64,000 bases of DNA from NCBI GenBank assembly GCA_964448075.1, contig CAYUUR010000003.1:5610-69609 (forward strand), given 5' to 3'. Numbering within the stretch: the first letter of the stretch is position 1; each line of letters starts with the position of its first letter. The notes beneath the pieces are model-generated. The model was not told the origin of the DNA. It saw nothing but the letters and a program-made list of their open reading frames with translations, and did not search any database. Shown here piece by piece: positions 35,250 to 43,785 of the stretch. Made by a program: the position numbers and the translations under genes. Origin of the DNA: an uncultured Candidatus Saccharibacteria bacterium (GTDB taxonomy: Bacteria > Patescibacteriota > Saccharimonadia > Saccharimonadales > CAYUUR01).

Positions 35250-36962
35250 ATGTATAATTTCAAAACCGTAAAAAAGCAGCCCTCTGGTAAGGCGGTCGAT
35301 GGTATTATTCGTCCCGCACGACAGCCCCGTACTACTGATACAGGTGGCCAGTTTAGGCGTGTAAAGTCATATCGGCCGGAACCTGCACCGCCGCGTGCAC
35401 GCAAAACACCAATTGGTGACTTTCGTCAGCCAACTGCACGCTCCATCACAGACCGTGCCCGACCACTAAGCGTGAGTGGATCCACGGTGGCACTTGAGCA
35501 GCCCTGGGACAAGAGAACAATGAATAACGATAACGAAAAACCAAACAAAAAAACTGGCAAACGCCGTTTATGGCCATTTGGCAAGGGAAAAGACAAGACA
35601 AAGAAAAAACCCCGGACCAAAAAGCAAAAGATACGACGGGCATTGCTGATATTCCTGCTCCTGGGAATTGTGGCCGGCGGTTATATGTTCGGCAAAACAT
35701 ATTGGAATGCACGTAAGGTTCTCTCTGGAGGTGGTGGTTCACCTGCACTGCAGCAAGACTGTGAAGATTTGTCTCAGCTCAAGGTTGAAGGTGATTGCCG
35801 CGTCAATATTATGATTCTCGGTAAGGGTGGCGGGTCACACGAGGCGCCTGATCTGACAGATACGATTATTATTGCTAGTATCGACCCAATCCATAAGGAA
35901 GCAGCCTTAGTGAGTATTCCTCGCGATCTTTATGTACAAGCTGACGGCGGCTATGGTTACACTAAGATCAACGCCGTCTATGCAAATGCCAAGAGCGCTT
36001 CGTTTGCGCAGAGTAACAGATCTAACGCTGCAAAGAAACGTGCTGATCAGGCCGGACTCGTAGCAATCGAGAAAACTCTCGAAAATAAACTCGGCATACC
36101 GATCCATTACTACGGCATGATTGACTTCGAAGGCTTCAGGCGTGCTATCGATACAGTAGGCGGGATTACTATCGATGTAAAAGAACCATTGATTGATCCA
36201 TCGGTTGCTTGGGAAAACAACTGGAATGCAACAATTGCCACAAAGGGTGTCCAGAAGTTTGATGGTAAGAAAGCACTCCTCTACGCCCGATCTCGTCAGA
36301 GCAGCCCACGTGGTGACTTTGATCGCTCGCAGCGCCAGCGTGAAGTGATTGTTGCATTGAAGGACAAGATATTCTCTGCTGGCACGTACAGCAACCCTGT
36401 AAAGGTATCTCAGCTTATCGACACCTTTGGCAATCGGGTTAGTACTAACTTTAGTATCGATGAGATTATGAAGCTCTACGGTATTGGCAAAGATATGCCG
36501 AGTACGAGCATTAAGTCGATTGGACTGTCCGATCCGCCAAATGATTATCTGACGACCGACACCTACAATGGCCAATCAGTAGTTGTACCAAAAGCTGGAC
36601 TGGATAATTACGATGGCATCCGCAAATACATCCGTAAGGTTTTGGTAGATCCGCGTATTCGTCAAGAGAATGCACAGGTTGTCGTGCTCAATGGCACATC
36701 GACTGCAGGATTGGCCACTAAGAAGGCGGCAGTACTCAAATCCTTTGGCTATAACGTTGGTGAAGTCAAAGATGCACCAACCAAAGATTACCAAAAGACA
36801 GTCATTGTAGACTTACGCAGCGGAAACAAGAAATACACCAAACATTACCTTGAGCGACGCTTTGGTGTGAGCGTGACCGACAAGCTTCCTTCCGGCATCG
36901 TTGCCCCAGAAACAGCAGACTTTGTTATAATACTGGGACAGAATGAAACAAGTACTCAGTAA
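35250..36962 (+). CDS. LytR-CpsA-Psr (LCP) family cell-envelope phosphotransferase
   Basis: Basic N-terminus, one TM, LCP core (NIMILGKGG...DLTDTIIIASIDP...LVSIPRDLYV...NAVYA), C-terminal LytR_C-like domain. Confidence 0.8.
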   Translation: MYNFKTVKKQPSGKAVDGIIRPARQPRTTDTGGQFRRVKSYRPEPAPPRARKTPIGDFRQPTARSITDRARPLSVSGSTVALEQPWDKRTMNNDNEKPNKKTGKRRLWPFGKGKDKTKKKPRTKKQKIRRALLIFLLLGIVAGGYMFGKTYWNARKVLSGGGGSPALQQDCEDLSQLKVEGDCRVNIMILGKGGGSHEAPDLTDTIIIASIDPIHKEAALVSIPRDLYVQADGGYGYTKINAVYANAKSASFAQSNRSNAAKKRADQAGLVAIEKTLENKLGIPIHYYGMIDFEGFRRAIDTVGGITIDVKEPLIDPSVAWENNWNATIATKGVQKFDGKKALLYARSRQSSPRGDFDRSQRQREVIVALKDKIFSAGTYSNPVKVSQLIDTFGNRVSTNFSIDEIMKLYGIGKDMPSTSIKSIGLSDPPNDYLTTDTYNGQSVVVPKAGLDNYDGIRKYIRKVLVDPRIRQENAQVVVLNGTSTAGLATKKAAVLKSFGYNVGEVKDAPTKDYQKTVIVDLRSGNKKYTKHYLERRFGVSVTDKLPSGIVAPETADFVIILGQNETSTQ

Positions 36963-37692
36963 ACTCAAACCAAAGAAGGGTGTTGCCCACGTTCTCCATA
37001 TTGGCTTCAATGTGCTATTGCCAGCATTGCTGTATATTTTTGTACGGATTGAGCTTGTACCGATCGCCCTGGCGCTCGTAATTGTCAGTAAGTGGCGCAT
37101 GTTTGCCGTCAAACCTCGCCATTGGCCTGCTAATATTCGCGCTAACGGTGTTGACCTGATGGTCGGGCTGTCAATCGTGATATTTATGTCAAATAGTGGC
37201 ACACAGCTCTGGCAAGTAATTTGGACGTTGCTGTACTTGCTATGGTTACTATTTGTTAAGCCACGTTCTGATGTGATATCAGTATCGCTGCAAGCACTGA
37301 TTGGTCAATTTGCTGGCCTAACGGCGTTGTTTTTGGCATTTGGTGAAGCGGCCACCTTTTGGCTTGTACTTGGAGCTTGGGCGGTTACATATGCTGCAGC
37401 ACGGCACTTTATGACGAGTTTTGACGAACCAATGACACGTTTGTTTTCGCATATTTGGGCGTACTTTGCGGCTTCGCTGACTTGGGTGTTGGCTCATTGG
37501 CTGTTGTTTTATGGTCCGATTGCGCAACCCACCTTGCTGCTTTCCATCATCGGCTTTAGTTTGGCGACGTTGTACTACCTTGATGAGACAGATAAGCTTT
37601 CGGTGTTTTACCGGCGACAGATCCTATTCATTATGCTGACAATTGTCACCATTGTGATCTTACTGGCCGATTGGCAAGATAAAACCAGTTAA
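36943..37692 (+). CDS. Hypothetical polytopic membrane protein
   Basis: About 7 hydrophobic helices. Overlaps the LCP gene end by 20 nt. I recognise no motif. Confidence 0.5.
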   Translation: MKQVLSKLKPKKGVAHVLHIGFNVLLPALLYIFVRIELVPIALALVIVSKWRMFAVKPRHWPANIRANGVDLMVGLSIVIFMSNSGTQLWQVIWTLLYLLWLLFVKPRSDVISVSLQALIGQFAGLTALFLAFGEAATFWLVLGAWAVTYAAARHFMTSFDEPMTRLFSHIWAYFAASLTWVLAHWLLFYGPIAQPTLLLSIIGFSLATLYYLDETDKLSVFYRRQILFIMLTIVTIVILLADWQDKTS

Positions 37693-37717
37693 CAGAGTAA
37701 TTACCAAGGAGGGGATT

Positions 37718-38917
37718 ATGGACGAGGGGACAGCACCGGTAACGGCAGTAAAGGAACAGGCGCCAAAAAAACAGCCTGCACCACAGGCGCGGCTGCGAAC
37801 ACTCGGCATTGTAACCATATTATTCGTGAGTACTGCAATGGGGTTTTTGGGTGGTTGGCTTGGTGCAGAAAATAAACTGAGCAATGGTGAACTCAGTCAG
37901 AACTCGCAGCAGCAGATTGTCTCGAGTGAGAGCGACCTCATTAGTACTATTGCCAAAGAAGTCGGACCATCAGTGGTGTCTGTTAATGTGACGGCCAATG
38001 TGCGCAATGATAGCTTTTTTGGTACCCAGCAATTAGAACAGGCCAGTGCGGGTACTGGCTTTGTGATCGAAGATAACATCATTGTTACAAATCGTCACGT
38101 GGTGCCGAGCAGTGCGACGGCCGTAAGTGTTACGCTCTCTGATGGTACGGAACTTACAGACGTAGAGGTGATTGGTCGGACAAATAGTGATGACCCGCTT
38201 GATGTCGCGTTCTTGAAGGTAAAGGACACTAAAGACAAAAAGCTTGTGCCAGTAAAGTTGGGTGACTCCAGCAAGATGCAAGTTGGCGCCAAGGTCGTTG
38301 CTATCGGCAATGCGCTTGGTCAGTTCCAGAATACTGTCACATCGGGGATTATCTCTGGCTATAGTCGTAGTGTTGATGCGCAGGGTGAAAATGGCGTTGA
38401 GAGTCTGCAGAATCTCTTCCAGACAGATGCGGCAATTAACCAAGGTAACTCTGGTGGGCCACTGGTCAATATGGCAGGCGAGGTAATAGGCATTAATACG
38501 GCGGTTGCTGCTGATTCTGAGAACATCGGCTTCTCTATTCCGATTAATGACGTTAAAGGGCTGATATCTGGCGTACTTAAGACCGGAAAATTAGAACGTC
38601 CATATCTTGGGGTTCGCTACGTATCGATTACCGATGACTATGCCTACGAGTACAACTTGCCAGTCAAACGCGGTGCCTACATCGTGCCTGCAGAGCCTGG
38701 TCAGCCAAGTGTACTCAAGGATAGTCCTGCAGCAAAAGCTGGTTTGAAAGAAAAAGACATCATCGTAAGCATAAACGACACCAAGATTGATGAGAACAAT
38801 AGCCTAACATCAGTGCTTGGCCGTTCGGCAGTTGGTGAGACCGTGTCAGTTACATATTTGCGTGACGGCAAAGAGCAGACAGTGCAGGTTAAGCTCGAGG
38901 CCCTCCCACAAGAGTAG
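37718..38917 (+). CDS. htrA: HtrA/DegP-family serine protease with PDZ domain
   Basis: TM anchor. Trypsin-fold triad context (TNRHV, D in DVAFLKV, GNSGGPL). C-terminal PDZ (GAYIV...SPAAKAGLKEKDIIVSIND). Confidence 0.9.
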   Translation: MDEGTAPVTAVKEQAPKKQPAPQARLRTLGIVTILFVSTAMGFLGGWLGAENKLSNGELSQNSQQQIVSSESDLISTIAKEVGPSVVSVNVTANVRNDSFFGTQQLEQASAGTGFVIEDNIIVTNRHVVPSSATAVSVTLSDGTELTDVEVIGRTNSDDPLDVAFLKVKDTKDKKLVPVKLGDSSKMQVGAKVVAIGNALGQFQNTVTSGIISGYSRSVDAQGENGVESLQNLFQTDAAINQGNSGGPLVNMAGEVIGINTAVAADSENIGFSIPINDVKGLISGVLKTGKLERPYLGVRYVSITDDYAYEYNLPVKRGAYIVPAEPGQPSVLKDSPAAKAGLKEKDIIVSINDTKIDENNSLTSVLGRSAVGETVSVTYLRDGKEQTVQVKLEALPQE

Positions 38918-39485
38918 TCACTCTTACCAGCTAATGCTGGATGTGAGGAACTCACTATGTCTGCCAAGCATAGCTTGGCGAGCCACATACCTTTTTGTGT
39001 CAGCAAAAAGGTATGCCAAAAACAGACACGCGGCTGAAGCCACACGGTTGTCTGGACAGAACTAAAAAGCCGCACCAAAAGAACACCCTTTCAGGGTGGT
39101 CTTCACTGTTCTCTTTGAGTTGTGGAGTTCAGACCGCCTTTTGGTTGGACTCGGCTTTTTAGTGCTGCCACCCACCGGTGTTTCAGAGCGTGACCCCCGC
39201 CCGAACGCCTGTAACTGAAGAGTGTAGTTGTTGCTAAACGCGTCCGGGCGTGGAAGCCGGCATAGAGTGCAAGGCCCTGATTGAGATGTTGTATTGTTTC
39301 ACAATAGAACGGGCAGGTCGTGTTTGAAGCTTGCTTTAAAAAAGCAAGCAAGTTGGCCTAGCCATTGTGAACAATATCAACAGCTCAGTTAAGGACATGT
39401 GCTGCCGGGAGTTTTTGGTTACTTTTGGCGGACCAAAAGTAACAAGAGCGCCAGCTTTAGCTGGTACGAAAGTCCTCGAATTGCC
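38918..39485. ncRNA. Unassigned hairpin-dense noncoding region between convergent genes (candidate structured RNA or RNAs; strand uncertain, weak hint for minus)
   Basis: About 570 nt with no credible ORF and at least 10 perfect or near-perfect hairpins. It also holds a 104-nt domain closed by a 12+8 bp long-range helix (39061-39081 with 39138-39163). It does not fit the RNase P, SRP or tmRNA signatures I know. Confidence 0.35.
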
Positions 39486-40316
39486 CTAAATATGGTTGGC
39501 GGCAACAAACAGTTGGATGAAGTCTGAGGTGTGCTGGAGATTGTAGTCTTGTAGTTTGGCTATTAGAGCCAGTTCCTCATGTTGGAATGGAAGAGATTCT
39601 GTAAGGATGTATTTTGGTTTGCTTTGGAGCTGACTGATTTGTGTAAAGAGTTCACGGTAGAGATCTAAACCGTCTGTGCCACCAAAAATGGCGATGCGAG
39701 GTTCAAACATGGCAGCTTTGTTGATGGTGTGGCTATCAGGGACGTAGGGTAGATTACAGAGCAGGGTGTAGGGTCTAGAGCTAAGGGGTAAGGAATCTAA
39801 CAAGTTGCCCTGGTTGAAAGTAATGTCTGTCTGATGATTCTGTGCGTTCCGTTTTGCAATCGCTATACATTCAGCGCTAACGTCAGTAGCAAATACTGAA
39901 GCATTGGGTAATTCCAGCTTCGCACTAATCGCAATCGCTCCCGAACCAGTACCTACGTCAATAAGCGCAATCCCTTGACCTTGTTTCCTGAACCCTAACC
40001 CCTTGAGCTCATCGATCATTGTCTCGGTCTCTGGTCGTGGTTCGAGTGTGTGAGCGTTGACGATAAATTCTCGCCCGTAGAATTCTGTTTTACCACGTAT
40101 GTAGGCGAGTGGTTCGTGTTTGGCTCGTCTCGCTACTTGTTCGTTCAGTACTTCTTCTTGTTCGCTCGCGAGCTCAATCTCAGGGTGTGCCAGCAAATGA
40201 GCACGATCTTTGCCCAAAAGGTCCTCCAGCAGTACCAAACAATCTAGCCGTGCGGTCGGTACGTCTGTGTGTCGTAAGTGGCTCTCTGCCGATGTAAGCC
40301 AGTCTCGAACAGTCAT
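39486..40316 (-). CDS. prmC: Release-factor glutamine N5-methyltransferase PrmC (HemK)
   Basis: SAM motif DVGTGSGAIA and an NLPY variant of the NPPY motif. Shares one base with prfA at 40316. Confidence 0.85.
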   Translation of the reverse strand: MTVRDWLTSAESHLRHTDVPTARLDCLVLLEDLLGKDRAHLLAHPEIELASEQEEVLNEQVARRAKHEPLAYIRGKTEFYGREFIVNAHTLEPRPETETMIDELKGLGFRKQGQGIALIDVGTGSGAIAISAKLELPNASVFATDVSAECIAIAKRNAQNHQTDITFNQGNLLDSLPLSSRPYTLLCNLPYVPDSHTINKAAMFEPRIAIFGGTDGLDLYRELFTQISQLQSKPKYILTESLPFQHEELALIAKLQDYNLQHTSDFIQLFVAANHI

Positions 40317-41368
40317 TATTCTTGCGTTAATAGTTCGTGTTCGGCGGCTTGGAGGGCTTCGATGAGGTCGTCTATCTGGCCATCGAGCGCACTTGGGATG
40401 TTGCTGCGGGAGTAGCCAATGCGGTGGTCCGTGATGCGGTCTTGCGGGAAGTTATAGGTACGGATTTTTTCTGAGCGGTCACCAGAACCAATCAGTTTGC
40501 GGCGGGCGTCACTGTGTTTTTGGTTTTCTTCATCGATTTTAGCCTGTAACAGACGTGAACGTAGCACGCTCATAGCTTTGAGTTTGTTCTTGATCTGCGA
40601 TTTTTCATCTTGGTTGGTGACCACAATACCCGTTGGTACATGGGTGATACGGACTGCAGAATCAGTCGTGTTCACCGATTGGCCACCATGACCACCAGCG
40701 CGGTAGACGTCAATGCGTAGATCTTGCGGGCTTATCTCTACGTCTGTTTCTTCAGCTTCTGGCATGACGGCAACGGTCACGGTACTGGTGTGGATACGGC
40801 CTTGTGATTCGGTGGCAGGCACACGCTGGACGCGGTGCACACCAGCTTCAAACTTATAGGTGCGGTATGCGTCGGCACCACGGATAACAAAGACGATTTC
40901 TTTATAGCCGCCGGCTTCTGACGGGCTTTCGTTGATAAGTTCAGCCTTGAGGCCGCGATTTTCTGCCAAGCGCACGTACATGCGGTACAGCTCACCACCA
41001 AACAGCGCCGCTTCATCACCACCAGCAGCAGCGCGGATCTCTATAATGCAGTCACGGTCGTCGTTGGGGTCTTTTTCAGTTAGCGCCTCAGCTAATCGAG
41101 CTTCTATGACGGCGAGTTTGGCTTCTGTTTCTTGCATTTCTTCCTGTGCCATTGAAGCCAGCTCATCACCACCTTGAGCAAGTTCTGTCGCCTGTGCAAA
41201 CGAACTCCGTAGGGCGGCACGTTCGTCGAACAAATTAACGATATGCTCAAGCTCCGATTGGCGCTTGGCGAGGCGAGGGTAGTTTTTGTCAGAATAAATA
41301 GCCGGATCTTCCAGTTGCTTCTGGAGGTCGGCGTATTCTTGGCGTAGGTTTTGTTCTTTTGCTTCCAT
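40316..41368 (-). CDS. prfA: Peptide chain release factor 1
   Basis: PAT tripeptide (VPATESQGRIHTS) and GGQ loop (GGHGGQSVNT). Confidence 0.95.
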   Translation of the reverse strand: MEAKEQNLRQEYADLQKQLEDPAIYSDKNYPRLAKRQSELEHIVNLFDERAALRSSFAQATELAQGGDELASMAQEEMQETEAKLAVIEARLAEALTEKDPNDDRDCIIEIRAAAGGDEAALFGGELYRMYVRLAENRGLKAELINESPSEAGGYKEIVFVIRGADAYRTYKFEAGVHRVQRVPATESQGRIHTSTVTVAVMPEAEETDVEISPQDLRIDVYRAGGHGGQSVNTTDSAVRITHVPTGIVVTNQDEKSQIKNKLKAMSVLRSRLLQAKIDEENQKHSDARRKLIGSGDRSEKIRTYNFPQDRITDHRIGYSRSNIPSALDGQIDDLIEALQAAEHELLTQE

Positions 41369-41434
41369 AGTTGTCGTTTCTAGTATATATAAAAACCGCC
41401 AGTAATAGATACTGACGGCTTAATACAAGCGAAG

Positions 41435-41845
41435 TTATTTATCTTCTGTTGCTTCTTTGTTCTCAGCTACTTCTGTTTTTGCTTCAGTTTTGGCTTTGGC
41501 CTTTACAGGAGCTGCTGGCTTTTCATCAGCTTCGTCTTGATCGTCTTTTTTGGCACGAGTCTTGCCGGCGGCCTTCATGCGCTCATCGCGAGCTTTCTTG
41601 GCGGCTTCTGCACGAGCCTTAAACTTATCAACACGACCTTCAATGTCCATAATACGCTCTTCACCAGTAAAGAATGGGTGAGAACTGCTGCTGATGTGTA
41701 CTTTGACAAGCGGGTATTCGTTGCCGTCTTCCCATTTGATTTTGTCTTCTGTTGCGATAGTCGAACGGGTCAGGATCTTAGTTCCGTTATTGAGGTCTTC
41801 AAAGACCACAACGCGGTAGTTATCTGGGTGGATATCTTTTTTCAT
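41435..41845 (-). CDS. rpmE: 50S ribosomal protein L31 (type B, Cys-less) with a ~60-aa K/A/E-rich C-terminal tail
   Basis: [10 protein letters not shown]...HPFFTG core with no CxxC, then [42 protein letters not shown]... Confidence 0.85.
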   Translation of the reverse strand: MKKDIHPDNYRVVVFEDLNNGTKILTRSTIATEDKIKWEDGNEYPLVKVHISSSSHPFFTGEERIMDIEGRVDKFKARAEAAKKARDERMKAAGKTRAKKDDQDEADEKPAAPVKAKAKTEAKTEVAENKEATEDK

Positions 41846-41989
41846 GATTTCTCTTCTGCTCGTTTGATTGATAGTTTGCCCTCGTAGTGGCTGGTTAGCG
41901 GCGAGCGACCGCAGTCAGGGATTCCACACTAAGGAACGTTATTAACTCGGACAAGTATACACCCCTGTTAGCTTTTGGTCAACATCTGC

Positions 41990-42018
41990 TTGCGTATCTT
42001 TGCTACCTCTGGTAAAAT
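41990..42018 (+). promoter_or_regulatory. Sigma70-type promoter for rpsB-tsf
   Basis: TTGCGT (41990-41995), 17-nt spacer, TAAAAT (42013-42018). It leaves a ~110-nt 5' UTR. Confidence 0.45.
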
Positions 42019-42132
42019 AGACGAGTCACAAAATTAAGCAGTTTGGGAAACATATTCTCTCTAACTTGAACCCGTGTAGGGCAGATAGAGCACCCAAATG
42101 AAGGTCAAGAATATGACGAAAGGAACAACATC

Positions 42133-42849
42133 ATGGCAGATGTAGATATTAAACAATTGCTTGAGGCCGGAGCCCACTTTGGTCACAAAAGCAGCCGTTG
42201 GCACCCTAAAATGGCGCCATACATCCACTCAAAACGAGATGGTACGCACATTATTGACCTCACCAAAACTGTTGAGGAACTAGAGCGAGCACTGAGTTTT
42301 ATTCAGAAAACTTCTAGCGAAGGCAAGCAAATCTTGTTTGTTGGCACAAAGCGCCAAGCCCAAGACATTATCAAAAAATCGGCTGAGTCTGTCTCGATGC
42401 CATACGTAACTGAGCGTTGGCTTGGCGGTATGCTTACCAATCGCAACACCATGAGCGGTCGGATCAAGCACCTCAAAGATCTCGAAGAAAAAATGGCGAG
42501 CGGTGCACTTGAATCTAAGTACAACAAGCTCGAAGTACAGCGCTTCCAAGAAGAAATTGACGAAATGAACCGTGTCTATGGCGGTATCAAAGACATGAAC
42601 GCCAAACTTGGCGCAGTGTTTATCGTCGATATTATTGCTGAAGATAACGCCGTACGTGAAGCCAACAAGCTCGGCGTACCAATCGTGGCTATTGTTGACA
42701 CCAACACCGACCCAACCAAGATTGACTACCCAGTACCAGCTAACGACGACGCTCTCAAGACTATCCAGTTGATTACCGACTACGTGGTCAAAGCAGTTGA
42801 AGCAGGTAAGAGCAAAGCGACCAAAGCAGTCGATAAAGACGAAAAATAA
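42133..42849 (+). CDS. rpsB: 30S ribosomal protein S2
   Basis: LLEAGAHFGHKSSRWHPKM and the conserved S2 core. Confidence 0.95.
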   Translation: MADVDIKQLLEAGAHFGHKSSRWHPKMAPYIHSKRDGTHIIDLTKTVEELERALSFIQKTSSEGKQILFVGTKRQAQDIIKKSAESVSMPYVTERWLGGMLTNRNTMSGRIKHLKDLEEKMASGALESKYNKLEVQRFQEEIDEMNRVYGGIKDMNAKLGAVFIVDIIAEDNAVREANKLGVPIVAIVDTNTDPTKIDYPVPANDDALKTIQLITDYVVKAVEAGKSKATKAVDKDEK

Positions 42850-42881
42850 ACCTAAATCTCATCACGACTAAGGAGTGAACA

Positions 42882-43478
42882 ATGGCAGTAAACATTGAAG
42901 ATGTAAAACGACTTAAGAACCTAACTGGCGTTGGCTTGACTGACGCAAAAGCGGCACTTGACGAGGTCAACGGTGACTTTGACAAGGCCCTCGAAGCTAT
43001 GCGCAAAAAGGGTCTGACCAAGGCTGACAAGCGCGGCGAGCGCGAGGCACGCTCAGGTGTAATTAGTAGCTACTTGCACGATGGCCGCATCGGCGTCCTG
43101 CTAGAAGTTAACTGTGAAACCGACTTTGTAGCGCGCACAGATGACTTCAACGATATCGTTAAAGACGTCGCCATGCACATTGCTGCATCTGCACCACAGT
43201 ACGTCAGTTCTGATGCTATCCCAGCTGCAGACCAAGAAAAGGTCAAGGCTGAGTTTGTAGAAAAGGCCAAAGCTGACGGCAAGCCTGCAGAGATGATCGA
43301 AAAGATTGTCGAAGGCATGGTAAAGAAGCACTTTGCAGAACGCTGCTTGCTAGACCAGCCATTCATTAAGAATCCTGACCAAACAGTCAACGACCACATC
43401 AAAACCTACATTGCGAAGCTTGGCGAAAACATCGTTGTCCGCCGTTTTGAGCGCATGCAACTTGGCGAAGTCGCCTAG
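42882..43478 (+). CDS. tsf: Elongation factor Ts (short form)
   Basis: UBA-like N-terminus VKRLKNLTGVGLTDAKAAL; LLEVNCETDFVA. Confidence 0.9.
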   Translation: MAVNIEDVKRLKNLTGVGLTDAKAALDEVNGDFDKALEAMRKKGLTKADKRGEREARSGVISSYLHDGRIGVLLEVNCETDFVARTDDFNDIVKDVAMHIAASAPQYVSSDAIPAADQEKVKAEFVEKAKADGKPAEMIEKIVEGMVKKHFAERCLLDQPFIKNPDQTVNDHIKTYIAKLGENIVVRRFERMQLGEVA

Positions 43479-43569
43479 ACAAACTCTTCTGAGTCGATTT
43501 ATAGTCTGCTGATCGTCAGTGGCTACGTTTGGGTGTACAATATAGGCGTTAATCAAAAGAGGGCATTAC

Positions 43570-43785
43570 ATGGGCTCCAGAGAGACGCAATCAGACCGCA
43601 ATCGTGAATTTTGGGACCGTAAGCTCGGCGATAGAATTGCCCGGCCGCTGAGTCCAAACGACGCAATTCGTGATGCGCTGGCGAGTGAAGACCCCCGGCA
43701 GCGTGCACTTTTTGGAGTAGAAACAGTAGTTATCGAAAGAGAAGATCCATCAGTAGCAGAAAATAGTAACGAAGGAGAAGTATGA
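43570..43785 (+). CDS. Hypothetical 71-aa protein in the slot where pyrH usually sits
   Basis: AGAGGG lies before the ATG. Its stop overlaps the frr start (ATGA), which suggests translational coupling. The product is charged with no recognisable motif. Confidence 0.4.
   Translation: MGSRETQSDRNREFWDRKLGDRIARPLSPNDAIRDALASEDPRQRALFGVETVVIEREDPSVAENSNEGEV

Noticed and set aside
39103-39351. 82-aa minus-strand ORF, and the 125-aa ORF at 38701-39078, as protein genes in the noncoding region
   Set aside because: Both start at non-ATG codons with no SD, and their products are low-complexity and basic. The 125-aa ORF is mostly antisense to the htrA 3' end. The hairpin density argues for RNA or DNA structure rather than coding sequence.
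38918-39485. Assigning the hairpin-rich region to RNase P RNA, SRP RNA or tmRNA
   Set aside because: There are fragmentary resemblances: GUCCGGGC, GGAAGC, CAUAGAGUGCAAGG, GAAAGUCC at 39468, ACAGAAC at 39053, and GAAAGGGUG/AACUCCAC on the minus strand. The blocks are in the wrong order for RNase P on either strand. The SRP helix-8 5' side lacks the conserved AGG, and the apical loop would be 6 nt. There is no tRNA-like T-arm or acceptor end and no plausible Ala-initiated tag ORF for tmRNA. Only a covariance-model search can settle it.
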